64,000 bases of DNA from a virus. The notes under the pieces are model-generated. The model searched no databases and was not told where the DNA came from. It was given only the letters and a program-made list of their open reading frames with translations. Positions 38,401 through 50,539 of this stretch are shown here, one piece after another (within the stretch, counting starts at the first letter, position 1; the number at the start of each line of letters is the position of its first letter). A program made the translations under genes and the position numbers. The stretch is taken from positions 1 through 64,000 of IMG/VR virus record IMGVR_UViG_3300035701_000010. One strand, given 5' to 3'.

Positions 38401-38824
38401 CTTTCAGTTTGCCATAAAAACTCACTCTCCATCCGCTATCATAAAGAACTAGAATCTTACTCACTTCTATTTCAGATCCAACAAACTTTTTAACCTTCCA
38501 ACGAACTTTTTTGTCTATGTGCGATTTAACAACACTATGAGCAATCGATTCTATCATGGAGAATAACTGGTTGGTTGCTTTGTTCATAATGTCGTCATGA
38601 ACTTGCTGCATCATTGCGTCAAGAGCTTTCAAAGCAGTTCTTTTTAATTTCTTTTCAATGAATTCTGTCATAGCGGCTCTGATCTTTTCGTCAAGAGATT
38701 GATTATCTGCTTCTAGTTGAAGAATTCTTGCTTTGGCTGTTTTTAGTCTCGTTGAAAGAGTTTCAATTTGACCTTCAAGGTCTGTTTTAACGGCTTCTAG
38801 TTCTTTTGCTTTGACCAGTAACAT
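35494..38824 (-). other. Array of hypothetical ORFs (several Zn-ribbon type; 37501-38349 possible winged helix; 38318-38824 coiled coil)
   Basis: Overlapping start/stop codons throughout; CxxC pairs in several. Confidence 0.6.
37080..37301 (-). CDS. HTH DNA-binding protein (type usually appended to HNH endonucleases)
   Basis: GEKNCSAKLT-x2-QV-x-EIR...LANQYHISKQTIHYIK-x-G-x-RW. Confidence 0.75.
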   Translation of the reverse strand: MMMYQRKGEKNCSAKLTQAQVNEIREALHSSLPHWGIQTRLANQYHISKQTIHYIKTGQRWNSTYKEDKKSAR

Positions 38825-39656
38825 AAATAGTTCCCTCCTCAGACATTTGAATTCCTGTTTGGATGATTGTGTGTTCTATGATTTTAAACGCTTGGTTAAT
38901 CACTCGTTTGTCTACTTTAAAATAAGTCGCCATAGCTCCTATGGTTGGTGTAACTAGAAATGGTCTCCTTGAATCATAAGACTGGTTAGCCTTCCTTGCT
39001 CTGCATCTAAAATCAAACATAATTATTTCTTCAAAGCGACTGTTGGTTTTATATAGAGTATCGAAAACTTTTCTTACGAAACTTCTTTTTCTTCTAATAA
39101 ATCCAGTAGGTGTGTAGCGACTCGCGTCAAGTTTCTTCTTTACTCTTTTAAGGAGTTGCGAATATGAAAGTTTGAATTCAGGATTTTCTATATGAGAATC
39201 TTGAATTACGTCTTGAAGAAAATAGGATGAATTCGGTTGCTCTAAATCTACCCTATCATTAAAAATACCAGATCCTTCATTTGCATCAGGTCTAACTCCT
39301 TTCCAGAAGAACCCAAAATTCGTTTCAAAAATTGACCGGACTGGAAAAACTTTATTATCTATCTTTGGGATTTTGTCTCCTGTAGTTAAATGAGAGCGTT
39401 GATTAATAAAAAAGTTCTTAGCGATTTTCTTGATAAAGGTGGCTAAGCTGCTTACTTCCGGGTTATAGCTGGGAAGATTATTTAGCAGCTTAATTCTTAA
39501 ATCTTGACATAAATCATCAGTTTCTATAGAGTAATCGAAAAAGAATGATGTAACCCATTTGGAACAAATACTTTCTATTAAAGGATTGTATTGGATAAGA
39601 AGTTGTTTGACCGAAACCCGTTTGAGTTTTCCATTTTCTCTGATCAGTAATTTCAT
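38787..39656 (-). CDS. Phage-encoded RNA polymerase sigma factor (sigma70 family, divergent)
   Basis: Region-2-like QYNPLIESI...DDLCQDLRIKLL...YNPE-x2-SLATFI-x2-IAKN; C-terminal HTH (TIGAMATYFKVDKRVIN). Confidence 0.75.
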   Translation of the reverse strand: MKLLIRENGKLKRVSVKQLLIQYNPLIESICSKWVTSFFFDYSIETDDLCQDLRIKLLNNLPSYNPEVSSLATFIKKIAKNFFINQRSHLTTGDKIPKIDNKVFPVRSIFETNFGFFWKGVRPDANEGSGIFNDRVDLEQPNSSYFLQDVIQDSHIENPEFKLSYSQLLKRVKKKLDASRYTPTGFIRRKRSFVRKVFDTLYKTNSRFEEIIMFDFRCRARKANQSYDSRRPFLVTPTIGAMATYFKVDKRVINQAFKIIEHTIIQTGIQMSEEGTIYVTGQSKRTRSR

Positions 39657-39677
39657 AGATTCTCCGCATATTTAACC

Positions 39678-41453
39678 TCATTTCGAGAGTTCATTGCTTC
39701 TTTTAAAGAGTTCCGAAGCCAGTTGTTCTTCTGTTATTTCAGGATTTTTGGTCATTATTTCTTCAGCAAGAGCATTCAGCTTGTGCGTTGCTTTTAATCT
39801 TAAAGTTTTGGCCATGCCAGCAAGGAGAGCTGAAAACTTAGAGAGGTTGATTTGGGCAGGAGGCGGTTCAATTTCATCAACGTAGAGAATATTTTGAGAA
39901 GTTAAATATCGATCCCATTCCTTATCTGTGGAATGCGGGCATTTAGAGATAAGGCGTAGACAATCAGAACAAATCATTGCTCGAATTCTAATTTCTATTT
40001 CATGAAAGTTTCTAACTACTAGAGTATCTGTATCAAAGTGATAGTTAATTTCTACATTTGAGATAAATGTCGTGTGTTCAAAAAATAGACAAAACTGAGC
40101 ATAAAGCAATTTTGGTTCTTTAAGAGAAATTCTATCACATCCAATATTCGGAGATACTCTTATCTCTGCGTCAGCAATGTACCACCAACGATCTTGTTGG
40201 TTTGCAGGTGGCCAGACAGAAAACGTGTTGGAAGGCATTTTATGAAATATTGTTTCTATTTCTTTGTTAGAGCTTAGTAAGTTGTATATTCTTGGCTGTA
40301 GCGCCTTAAATAAAGGTGGTTGATCATTAACATACAAGATTTTAATTTTCTTTTCTGACATAGTCCACCCCCAGAGAATCTCTTACGGTACTCTGTATGT
40401 CCTCTTCGCTCCATCCTTCCTCCCTTAAATCTTTAACATAATCGTCGACGATTTCTGATAGGGTGACGTCTAAACACTCGTCAATGTCTTCTAATTTTCC
40501 TTCTTTTTCTTTTTGAATCTCTCGTAATTTTTCTTCAGTTAAGAGTTTATAGTAGATTGATTTTACGAAAAGGCTCGTTTTTTCGTAAACTTCCATAAGC
40601 CACCACTTCACTATAATCTTAAGATCAGTTATCATGTGGCATTTCTCCATCCTCCCCATTAAGATTTGGTCCGGTGTCTAACAAATCCAAACTGGCACCA
40701 CAATTGGTGCAGAAAGTTGCACCCAAAATCATAAAAGAAGGGTCTTCATCATAAGAATCCTTATGGTCGCACACTGGACATTTGATCGTCATCCCCATAT
40801 CAACACCCCCGCCTTTTTATTTATTGTACTATAAAGAAATGCCAGATGCAATAAAAAACTGGCGCATTTCCTATGCCAAAAAAGGAGTTTTGGTTTCTTG
40901 CCATGTTTGAGAAATTAGTTCGTCACTGACCCTTAACCATTTTCTTATATCTCTAATGGCGTCTTGATCAAAATCTGTGACAATAATCGCTCCGCAATTA
41001 GAACACGCCATGATTCCACGAATCATATTGTTGCCTATAACGAGTACTGAACTGTGGAGAATACTATAGCATTGGCCGCATCCAGATTCTCCAATATCTT
41101 CAATCGCATGGAGCGAAAGATAAGTTCTTGCTTTAAAGGTAATGAAATACGTTTTTCCAATATTAACCACATCGTATCCACCTCTCGGGATAAGATCAGT
41201 TACATGATATGAAATTTTAGATTTAGATGTTGACATATTATTTTACAATAAACAAGTGTTTCACTGATCGAAGTAGATAGGTCGCTTTTGGATCATTTAG
41301 CTTCAAATCCATCGCTTTTAATCCTTGAGCAATAAGATCTTTCGTTTCTTCCATAGAAAGGTTATCACTAGATATAACCCAAAGATAATTTTCTTTGTCA
41401 ACGAAGATCTTTACTTCGGCTATTGCTTCTGGAATGATTGCTTTGCTGCTCAT
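39678..41453 (-). other. Hypothetical ORFs (39678-40361, 40342-40659, unlisted Zn-ribbon ORF ~40626-40798, 40871-41236, 41238-41453)
   Basis: ORF track plus manual translation (CPVC...CTNC). Confidence 0.6.
40823..40851 (-). promoter_or_regulatory. sigma70-type promoter
   Basis: TTGCAT-N17-TACAAT. Confidence 0.75.
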
Positions 41454-43303
41454 CCGCTCACCATTTTCATCAGCTGCTCTTCATTAATCATTTTAATTTT
41501 CAAGAACCTTGCTTTGGCGGCTTTTGACGAGATGCTATTTTGATCTGCAATCACTAGATAGTCTAGATTTCTAGAAACGCTCACAATTTTTCCGCCATTT
41601 TGTTCAACCAGTTTAATCAACTCTTCTCTTGGTCTCGAGGCGGCTCCAGTGAATTGAAAGGTTTTTCCTTTTAAGATGTTAGTCTTCTCTACTTCAAGAA
41701 ATCTTAATCCTTTACCTTTGAGAAAGGTGTAAAGTTCGTTATAGTCTGGGATGTTGTCTATGAAAGCGGAAGCAACGCTTGGTCCTATTCCTTTAACGGC
41801 AATGAGTTTATTGAACATCTCATTGATTGGCATTGTGAACATTCTGCCGAATCCGTTGCGAGCTAAGGTGTCTACAATTATTTTAGCATTCTTGATGGCG
41901 ATTCCAGGAATGCCAAAAGCGGCAAGAAGATTTTCTTCTGTGGTATTCAGAGTCTTCTTTCTTTCTTCTAAAATTTTATCTGCGGATATTTCTCCCAATC
42001 CAACAGCCTTTGCAATTTGTTCCTTAGTTAAATCATAGAAATCTTCAACTACTAGAATATTAAGCTTTTCCAACGTTGGCGTTCGAATTCCTTCTGCTCC
42101 TAGAGTTCGGATAAAATACTCTACAAATGCGAGGGCTTGTCCTTTACAGGTCAATTGGGAGTTAGGGCATATTAAATCTACACCATCTTTCTTAAGAGTC
42201 TCTTGGCAGGATGGGCAATTGGTTGGTTGGTGAAGGACTTTGGCTTTTTTGACCACGCCTGTGATATATGGAATGACATCGCCAGAACGAACAATACTGA
42301 TCACCGCCCCCCTGTCAATCATTCGCTCTGCAAGCCATTGAGCATTGTGTCCGGTAGGGTGTTGAATTTCAACTCCTTGGGTTTCAATTGCATCCACATG
42401 GACGACAGGAACAACTCTTCCGGTGCGAGTAACATTCCATTCTATTTCTGTGACCTTTGTAGATATTGGAGCATCTGAAACTTTGAAGGCTACTTTGTTT
42501 TCAGGAATTTCAACATTCTCTCGTGGAGCATGGTCGGCCATAATGACCAATCCATCCATGTCATAAGTCAAATCGCCCTTGGTTTTAATTTTATTGACCC
42601 ATTTTTCAATCAGCCGATCTGTTTGCGAGATTGTTTCTTTTAAGATTCTAAACCAAGGAGTGACTTTAAAGCCGAGGAGATTAATTTGGTTGATTCGATC
42701 AAATTGAGAGGGGATTTCTTGAGGCCATTCAATGAGTTCATGAAACCAAATAGAGATTCGCTCCATGCCTTGAAGATCATCTCTATTCATGATTCCAGCA
42801 GCGGCATTTCTTTTTGTTTTATAGCCAACCGGAACAGTTCCGGTGATAATTGCTTCTCCTCGCATGGCCACTCTTCCAGATTCACGAATGCTCATGATGG
42901 GAGTTTTGGTGATGGCTTTGGCTTTCCATAAAAGGTCTTGCCCAATATGTCCATCCCCTCGGGTACAGAAGGTAGTTAACTTGCCCTTGTTCCATTCAGC
43001 GTAGATGGAAATACCATCCAGTTTGAAGGAAGCACAAAGGTCATCTTTTTGGTGGGCACGGAGCCACTTACCGGCGTCGGCTGGTCCAATTTTATTCAGG
43101 CTACCAAGAACATAGGGCAGATGAATTTTGGAGCGTTTTACGGGCGCACCTACTTTGGCAAGCAGTTGACTGTCTGGCTTCAGTTTCTTAAGCTTGTCTA
43201 TCAATTGGTCGAACTCTTGGTCTGAAATTTCGGGCTGTTGGTTGTAATACAATTCTCTGTGATGGGTAATTCTTTCTTCTAGTTTGGCAATACGATCAAC
43301 CAT
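41450..43303 (-). CDS. ligA: NAD-dependent DNA ligase
   Basis: YY-x4-EISD-x2-FD, KLDG, TRGDG, RGE, RNAAAG, DG, AFK, OB fold, CPSC zinc finger, HhH, BRCT. Confidence 0.95.
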   Translation of the reverse strand: MVDRIAKLEERITHHRELYYNQQPEISDQEFDQLIDKLKKLKPDSQLLAKVGAPVKRSKIHLPYVLGSLNKIGPADAGKWLRAHQKDDLCASFKLDGISIYAEWNKGKLTTFCTRGDGHIGQDLLWKAKAITKTPIMSIRESGRVAMRGEAIITGTVPVGYKTKRNAAAGIMNRDDLQGMERISIWFHELIEWPQEIPSQFDRINQINLLGFKVTPWFRILKETISQTDRLIEKWVNKIKTKGDLTYDMDGLVIMADHAPRENVEIPENKVAFKVSDAPISTKVTEIEWNVTRTGRVVPVVHVDAIETQGVEIQHPTGHNAQWLAERMIDRGAVISIVRSGDVIPYITGVVKKAKVLHQPTNCPSCQETLKKDGVDLICPNSQLTCKGQALAFVEYFIRTLGAEGIRTPTLEKLNILVVEDFYDLTKEQIAKAVGLGEISADKILEERKKTLNTTEENLLAAFGIPGIAIKNAKIIVDTLARNGFGRMFTMPINEMFNKLIAVKGIGPSVASAFIDNIPDYNELYTFLKGKGLRFLEVEKTNILKGKTFQFTGAASRPREELIKLVEQNGGKIVSVSRNLDYLVIADQNSISSKAAKARFLKIKMINEEQLMKMVSG

Positions 43304-43322
43304 TTGTTCCCTCCTTGAACGG

Positions 43323-43607
43323 CTATTGTTTTGTCCATCCTCTTGCTTCCATGCACCGAGTCATTGCGTTATTGAAGCTTAATGCTTCGGTAATTCCTGC
43401 TCCGATTCCGGAACCCATTGCCCCTCCCAACGTGGCAGGGGTCATCGTTGACCCGCTAAAAGAAGCGGCGTAACTGCGAGCAGTCATTTCGCATCCAAAT
43501 TTATCACTTTCAAAATCTGCTGTGGTGGCTCCAGATTTGGCGAACATAACTTTTCCCCCACACCCAAGACACGATAACACAATCAACAGCATCAATATAC
43601 TTTTCAT
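43323..43607 (-). CDS. Putative lipoprotein
   Basis: MKSILMLLIVLSCLGC lipobox-like signal. Confidence 0.65.
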   Translation of the reverse strand: MKSILMLLIVLSCLGCGGKVMFAKSGATTADFESDKFGCEMTARSYAASFSGSTMTPATLGGAMGSGIGAGITEALSFNNAMTRCMEARGWTKQ

Positions 43608-44128
43608 TCTTGCTCCTCCTCCCACTTCTTTAAAAGGTTAAAGGTCTTTTTGAAGAGTAAATAGGTCACCATCTTGATGCCAGGAATAGAGCTTTCTCTT
43701 GGACCGGCCACATTGATAACGAGTGGGGCTTTCACGATCCCATAAATATATTTAATGGTTCCTGCAATGTGATACTCCTGCATCTTATGCGTCGGGCTGT
43801 AGACGAGAAGACGATGCTTTCTTAACTCTTCAGCCAATTTGCCTGTTAATTTGGTTCCAGGACCTCCTTTCTGATCAGGATCAATAATGATTGTGAGATC
43901 TGAATCTTGAACATTTTGTTTAGTTCTGGGTGACCATTTTTCAGAAGCATGTTCTTTCAGACCATAAATAGATCCAAGTTTAGGGCTAGGTCCATCTTCA
44001 GTCTTAAACCCTTTAGGTGCCGTTCCGCCTGTTTTTAATCCACTTTTCTTGGCTGCTTTTAAAGCTCCGAAGTCAACCCCTGTTTGGCCGCCGGATATAA
44101 TTCTTCTAATGTATTTTGTGGTTCCCAT
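43604..44128 (-). CDS. Putative molybdenum carrier (SLOG superfamily) protein
   Basis: IISGGQTGVD-x-GAL...GGTAPKG...RTKQNVQDSD-x-T...INVAGPRES. Confidence 0.88.
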   Translation of the reverse strand: MGTTKYIRRIISGGQTGVDFGALKAAKKSGLKTGGTAPKGFKTEDGPSPKLGSIYGLKEHASEKWSPRTKQNVQDSDLTIIIDPDQKGGPGTKLTGKLAEELRKHRLLVYSPTHKMQEYHIAGTIKYIYGIVKAPLVINVAGPRESSIPGIKMVTYLLFKKTFNLLKKWEEEQE

Positions 44129-46091
44129 TCTATCCTCATTGCTTGTGGAAGTAAATGAACTGTATCTCCACTCATTGGCTTCACGGCCATTTTAGCTGGA
44201 GCAAAAAAATCATTTCTTGGAGAAGAAACTATTATTCCATTAATACGAGTCTTTTGACCAATTGTCCAATTGGCTTTGGAAGTGTTAGAAATCCATCCTT
44301 CAGATGCAAGAGCGAATTGCACCCATCTCGGTTCGCTTAAAGAACCATCATTAAATATTAAGTGTATCTTAAACTTTGGAAATTTCATCTTAGAACGCTC
44401 CTGAATTTGAAAAAGAATCTCTCTGTTTTTCAAAGAAACGAAACTTCAGATTGAGTATTCCATTTTTGGCTTTGAAATAAGCAAGTTCTTGGCTATAGTA
44501 GTCTGGGATGTCAGAAACTTTAATGTGCCAATCTGTTTTTGCTCTAAGTTCTTTGATCAAGTTTTTAATGGACTTTTTAGCCCCGTGATCAAATAACTCA
44601 AGCTGAATTTCAATAGTGATTTCTGGGATCAATTTGACGCACCTCCTTTCTCTAGTCTTTTGTATCGATGGCGTTGAGCAGCATCCATTCCTTATCCATA
44701 TCAATCACTGTAAGTTGGCCGAAAATTTGTTGGTTAATGAGCCATAAGCATTTTCTAAAGCGAGCCGCTCCTTTTGAATCTAAGAGTCGTGTTGAAAATT
44801 CAGGTTTAATTCTAAAATCCATAGCAGAGTTGGTTCTGTTTTCTTTGAGTATTTCGATAAGACGATTGGCCATTGCAATCGTATTCACCGGCAATGCTGT
44901 TTCATGGATTGTTTCCTCAATGTTCATGTATTCCTCCTTTTCATTCGCTTAGGGGTTCTTATTATGGGTTGAACCTTTTTGACTGGGAATCTTCTAATCT
45001 TAGGAACTCTAGTCACCTCCTTTGCTTTTCGTATTCTCCATTCAAACTTAATCTTTTTCTTTAAGAAAGAAATGGTTTCTCTGACTTTTTTGTTCCAAAC
45101 AAATTGAAAAGTTCCCAGTTTAAATTGATGCTTATCCCATTCCTGCCATGAAAGTTTTTTGTAATCACCTTTTCGGTCAATAAGATATACGAAGAGGTAA
45201 GTGGCTAGAGCCACAAGAAAATATTTTTGGTTGATTTCGACAACTGTTCCAAGTCGGCAATGGTGCCTTTGTTCTGTTTGAGAAATTCTGTAAGAACGTT
45301 TTCTTTTTTCTGAACGAAGTGGATCAATAAATCTTTTTCTTGGCATCGCCAACCTCTATATATGGGGCAGGTAGAATAGATTACTATTGACACTAGTCAT
45401 AATTTCCTTAGCCAGGTTACATGTCTGTTCATTTCTTAAATCGTACCAGCCCTTGTCATATTTGTCTGCCCACAGTTTGATGCAGGAAAGAAAACATTCC
45501 ATAATTGATTGCTGTAAGGTTGGATGAAGTTTCATAATTTCATCCGCAAATTCTTTTTCGTGAGTATCTGTTGAGTTAACCAAGTGAGCCAGTGAATCGA
45601 CTACGTTCATCACCTCTTGATTGATTTCTACTAACTTTTTCTTCATCTCTGATTCTCCTTTCCCATTCTAAAATTTCTTCCTTACTTGGTTTTTTATGAG
45701 AAACTCCTACGTATCCTCTCGTTTTTCCGCTAACGTGAGATCGATGAGTTTTGAATGCGTTGCGCTTCCTTGCCATGTTTTTCTCCCTAAATTATACCGC
45801 AAGAGAACTCAAGATGCAAAGGCCAAACATGCCATTTCCCCCTTATAGCGGGATTAATCCTTTTTTGCAGAGGGTATGACTTAAGAAGGCTCCAGTTGCA
45901 AAGACTTGCTTGTTCAATACAATTTCTCCATTTGTTTTGATTACTAAGAAATCTGGATCGTCAGGGAAATGAATTTCCAAACCATCCCATTCATCAGTTA
46001 GGATGGCAATTTTGCCTGACCGCTTCAAAATTTGCGCTTCGAAATTTCGCTCATTTATGCCGGTAATTTTTAGTCCACATTTTCCTTTCAC
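44059..46091 (-). other. Array of small hypothetical ORFs
   Basis: Packed minus-strand ORFs with RBS. Confidence 0.6.
45791..45819 (-). promoter_or_regulatory. sigma70-type promoter
   Basis: TTGCAT-N17-TATAAT. Confidence 0.8.
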
Positions 46092-46102
46092 GACTTACCT
46101 CC

Positions 46103-46759
46103 TTATGGCTTTCCAAAACTCATGGTCATAACCATCTCCCCTACTGTTTTCATTACGGTATCGTAGTACCGATCGACCTCTTTTGAACCGAAGTAATAGG
46201 CGAGGGCGTCTTTGGTGGTTTTGTAATCTCTACACAGCTTGCAAAGAATAGCAGTTCCTAATTCTATATTGGGTTTTATTTGATAGAGGTGCATTTTGTC
46301 AGTAATCCCAAGATCTTTAGCTTCCTTAGATCCAATCCAACTTTCCATAATCTGCATCAACCCTATGGCTCCTTTTTTGCTTACGGCCATTTGATTGTAA
46401 TTTGATTCTACTTCTATAATGGCGAGAATGACTAGGGCGGAAACTCTTTTTCTTTCTCCAGCTTCTATTACATGATTAGCGATAATGAGAGCGACCATTG
46501 GATCTAATCTAGGTTGGCGAGCTAAGATGATTGGAAGGAGTTGTGGAACAGTAAGATCTGGAAGATAAACAATTCGGTCTACGTATTCAATTCTTGGATT
46601 GTTCATGAGATCTGTAATGATAGAATTTTTGATTTGTTGCTCGTAAATGGAGTAAATGATGATTACAATAAGAAGCATGGCTAAGAAAATTGGTCTGACT
46701 TGCTCGTACATCGGATGTCTCATTGCAATTTCCTCCTTTAATGGTTTATTCTTACTCAA
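46103..46759 (-). CDS. Membrane-anchored lytic transglycosylase (SLT domain)
   Basis: N-terminal TM helix; IIEVESNYN-x2-AVS-x-KGAIGLMQIM, NI-x2-G, AL-x2-Y. Confidence 0.9.
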   Translation of the reverse strand: MSKNKPLKEEIAMRHPMYEQVRPIFLAMLLIVIIIYSIYEQQIKNSIITDLMNNPRIEYVDRIVYLPDLTVPQLLPIILARQPRLDPMVALIIANHVIEAGERKRVSALVILAIIEVESNYNQMAVSKKGAIGLMQIMESWIGSKEAKDLGITDKMHLYQIKPNIELGTAILCKLCRDYKTTKDALAYYFGSKEVDRYYDTVMKTVGEMVMTMSFGKP

Positions 46760-47242
46760 TCACAAAAACCATGATGGGTTCTGGATAGTCTAGTTTGGTG
46801 TTTTCTATGGCATCTATCTCTACTAATTTTCTACCGTAGAGTTCCTTGTATTCTTCTTTAAGGATCTTGACTGGTCGGCCTTTGACAAATTCATAGAGTT
46901 CTTGCCCCATCGAATCCTCATCACTTAAGAAAACAAGATACCGTCTGCTTTTGAATTTTTCCTGTTTGGTCTTCGCCATAAGCCATCTCCTTTATTTCAA
47001 TGTTACGCTTTCTAGCAGTTCAACTTCATTGTGATTGGTTGGGCTATTCCATTCTTCGATTCCAATGTAGCAAATTACTCCTCCAGTAAAGGAAAAATCT
47101 GCTGTGTGAACATAGGGTCTGAAGAATGTAATTTCTCCATCCTTAATTTGTTTCACCACACTGTCCTGAAAGGCGGGAGATGGTTTTTCAGGGTCCCAAA
47201 ATCTGATCCTATCTCCCAATTTTAATTCTTTCATTTTAACTT

Positions 47243-47530
47243 TCATTTGTCCCTCCATACTCTGTATTCATGGTCAGCGACCTTTCTGACAATGAAGTGC
47301 TTGTTGGGAAACTTCTTGTGGTAGAGGGCAATGGACCCGTAAATCGTGTTTCGCAACACATTTTCTTTCTTTTTAGGATTGTTAATGGCAAAGGAATCTC
47401 CAACTTTCATTTCTGAAAATGGATATTTTATTCCGTTTCTCATCCTTTGCTCTGGCACTTTGATTCCCTTTTCAATGCCGCCCACATACGTTCCATTACT
47501 CTCTTCGGTTGTTGCTGGTGTTCTTTTCAT
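47243..47530 (-). CDS. Small conserved phage protein (KYPF-x2-M-x-VGDSF family), probable DNA binder
   Basis: IEKGIKVP...KYPFSEMKVGDSF...RVWR. Confidence 0.65.
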   Translation of the reverse strand: MKRTPATTEESNGTYVGGIEKGIKVPEQRMRNGIKYPFSEMKVGDSFAINNPKKKENVLRNTIYGSIALYHKKFPNKHFIVRKVADHEYRVWRDK

Positions 47531-47540
47531 TTGGTCCTCC

Positions 47541-48065
47541 TTAACGGCTTCCTAAGCATCTAGACTTAGGATCCTTGAAAGCGGTTAGTCTTAAGGTCTC
47601 CAATATTCCCAGTTCACTCGCTCCTCCAATACTTTTCTCTCCTTGCCATAATCCCCATTCGTTCAATTTCCAATTTCTGGATTTAGCCACCCTGCGACAA
47701 TAGATGTTAAACTCCTTGTCTCCTGTAAAATGGAGTATGGAGGCTCCGATAGAGAATTTGTTGGTGATCAGAAAATCGAATTGGACATGGTTGTGAATAA
47801 GAGATACTTTCTTATCGCCAGCCGAAATAATTTGATCTGCAAAGGCTCTTAGGTTGTGAAGAAAGACATCAAGAATCTTTGGGATCACTACAAAATCTAG
47901 ATCATGGACTATTCGCTCTTCTCTCCTGTAAGAACCGCAGGCGATAAGATTGACGGAATAAGTGGCAAATCTATGTCTTATTTCTTCAACAGCCATTTGC
48001 GCTTCATCTAATGTTAACGTTCTTACTTCGTCAATGGGGTCGATTTGTTGATGGATTGTTTCCAT
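47541..48065 (-). CDS. polX: Minimal family X DNA polymerase (palm plus C-terminal subdomain only)
   Basis: CGSYRR-x5-HDLD, QFD, LHFTG-x3-FN-x3-R-x2-A-x5-KLNEWGL. Confidence 0.88.
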   Translation of the reverse strand: METIHQQIDPIDEVRTLTLDEAQMAVEEIRHRFATYSVNLIACGSYRREERIVHDLDFVVIPKILDVFLHNLRAFADQIISAGDKKVSLIHNHVQFDFLITNKFSIGASILHFTGDKEFNIYCRRVAKSRNWKLNEWGLWQGEKSIGGASELGILETLRLTAFKDPKSRCLGSR

Positions 48066-50504
48066 TAGTCACCTCCTTTATTTTAAATTGTTTGGAGCAT
48101 CTCTCCTGAATTTAATTCCTGGCTGCGTGTGGGGTGGGGTCAAGCCCACAAAGACACTTTCTTCAGAAATTCTAGTCCAGGCTCCATGAGTCCATTCGAT
48201 CCAATCCTGGCCTTGGATAAGTTCGGTGTCTTCTAATTCCCTAGTCATTTCAAAAAACAATGGTCCTTTATTTAACATCATTTCTCCTTTCTTCTTCACT
48301 TTTACCATCTCTAAGATGAGCGAAAATGAAGATGTCTGATGAACAATTGTAACATAGGTCTAGATTTTTTGTTTTGGTATCTGTAATTTGTTGAAGACTA
48401 AAGGTGACTTCTACCAACTTATCTTTTCCTTTATCTTTCAATAATCCATGGGCGCTGCGTCTAGTTTTTCCATCAATAAACCCATCCAGCGTAATCTCTT
48501 CCCCACATCGATCACAAAAATTCTTTTTCATTGTTTTCTCCTTTTTAATTGTTGATTTGTGAAACGACAGCCACATATTGAGGCAATAGTTTTTCTGCTT
48601 CTTTTCTGGTTTTGAAATAACATGATTCGCGGGAATAGGGTCCGCATTTGCACCAAGTTCCTATATAAAATCCAGCATTAGAATGCAGAACTTTTGGGTT
48701 TAGAACTGTTTTACAATCTGGGCAGATACTTTCAGCTCCGGTTAAAATTGTTTCTTTAGAAACAGCCATTGTTCCATCCTCCTTGTTGTTGAAATTGATA
48801 ATGGTTTGTTTATTTATTTTTCACTTCGTTATCAATAATTTTTATTAGAAGAATAATAGCGCATATCCACCCTAAAAGGGCATTCCAATTTTTAGCATAG
48901 GCACTTGCAATGATGTCTGCTATGAATAAAATTGCTAATATGATATATGTTACCATCATGTTCTCACCCACATGCTTCCTTTTAAAAGTCATATTCTTGT
49001 TCAGAACATCCACAGGTATATTGAATGTATTGAACATAGAAACCTTGATCAAAGTAGAAATAATTTGCGGACCATTGTCTCCTTGGAATGCTATGGTCTA
49101 CAGTAAAATATTCAATTTCATCAGGATCGCCATTTTCTTTTAACATATTGGCGATTAGATCATCACAGTCTGTGCATCCTAAAGGACCATTGTCCCCGCC
49201 ACAGGAGGCCATTAGTAAGAGAAGAATAACAATAAGAAAAGTTTTCATTGAACTCTCCTAATCTTCAAAGATTTGAGGAAGTTTGCTCATGAATTCATAG
49301 GCTTTCTCTGCCGCTTCGGTGTGGGTAAGATTTGGTTCTTTGTTCCTATAGGCGTTGCAGGTCTCTGCGACGAAGTCGACATAGCGGATTCTTTTGATTT
49401 TTTCGTCATCGGTTTTGACAAGAACTTGGGTGGCACATCTTCCAATAATGGATTTAACGATGCTGGTATCTGTACTTGAAACATAGTCTAATTGTTCTAC
49501 AAACCTTTTCTTCATGGTCATGACGGTTATAAGGTAAGCCTCTTTTTCAAGAGGAACTTTGAGCAATCCTTTTTGTGTCTTGATTGATTCTGCATTCTTC
49601 ATTTTCATGTCTCCTTTTTGCGCTTTCTGGAACTCTCCACCATTCTGAATCTTCATCTCGAATCAAGATTCTTCCGCATTGATGGCACCACCAGTGGTCA
49701 ATATACGAATCGTCATGATTTTGATGAATAAGATCCATTTCCTCATTCTTTCCGCATTGGCATTCCATTATTCCTCCTTGGTGTTGAAACTCAAAAGGGT
49801 TTGTTCAGTCATTTCCATATCATCTACCTCTATTCCATCAATTGTTGAAATGAATCCGTAGTCCATCTCATTCACGCACTTGGTCAATTCTGTAACCGTT
49901 TTGGGTTCTTCATGTCTAAAACCGAGTTTGATTGTGACATAGACGGTTGATTTCATGCTTCTTCTCCTTTCTTTATTTGTTGGTCAATCTCAAAAATCAG
50001 ATCTCTTAAATTCTTCATCGCCTTTTTCACAAAAAATGGAAATTTACTCCAACCGGAGTGGCAACAAGCTTCCCATAAAAGCATAGTCATTAAAAAGTAA
50101 GATTTAAAGATAGGATCTTTTCGTATCATCTTATTTAACAAGAAAAGATGATACGTTTCTTCAGGTTCCAGTTCTATATCTGGCATGTTAGAACTGATAA
50201 GATTTTCTACTCCTTCATAAGCTTCAATCGCTTCAATCAGTTGTTGTTGTGTCATTCCCATTTTTCTTCTTTCTCCTTTTGGGGATAGATAGGTGTCTTA
50301 TTTCCATGTTGAGCAAACTCAGTTTTTCTTTCAGCGCATCGGCTTTCGCTTGCATAATTCTCATCTTCTTTTCAAATTCATTCACCTGTCGTACCGAAGC
50401 TTGAAGATCAATTTTCAACTTTCGCATTTGTTCTACCAATGCTCTAACTTTCAGCCACCGCTCTTTTATATCTATAATCATAGGGGTGCCCTAAAACTAG
50501 GTAA

Positions 50505-50539
50505 ATGCTACCATAACGATTTGTTTGATGCCAGCAAAA
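50505..50539 (-). promoter_or_regulatory. Promoter with TTTTGCTGGCATCA upstream motif
   Basis: TGGCAT-N17-TAGCAT, preceded by TGG; motif repeated at 52622-52656. Confidence 0.6.
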
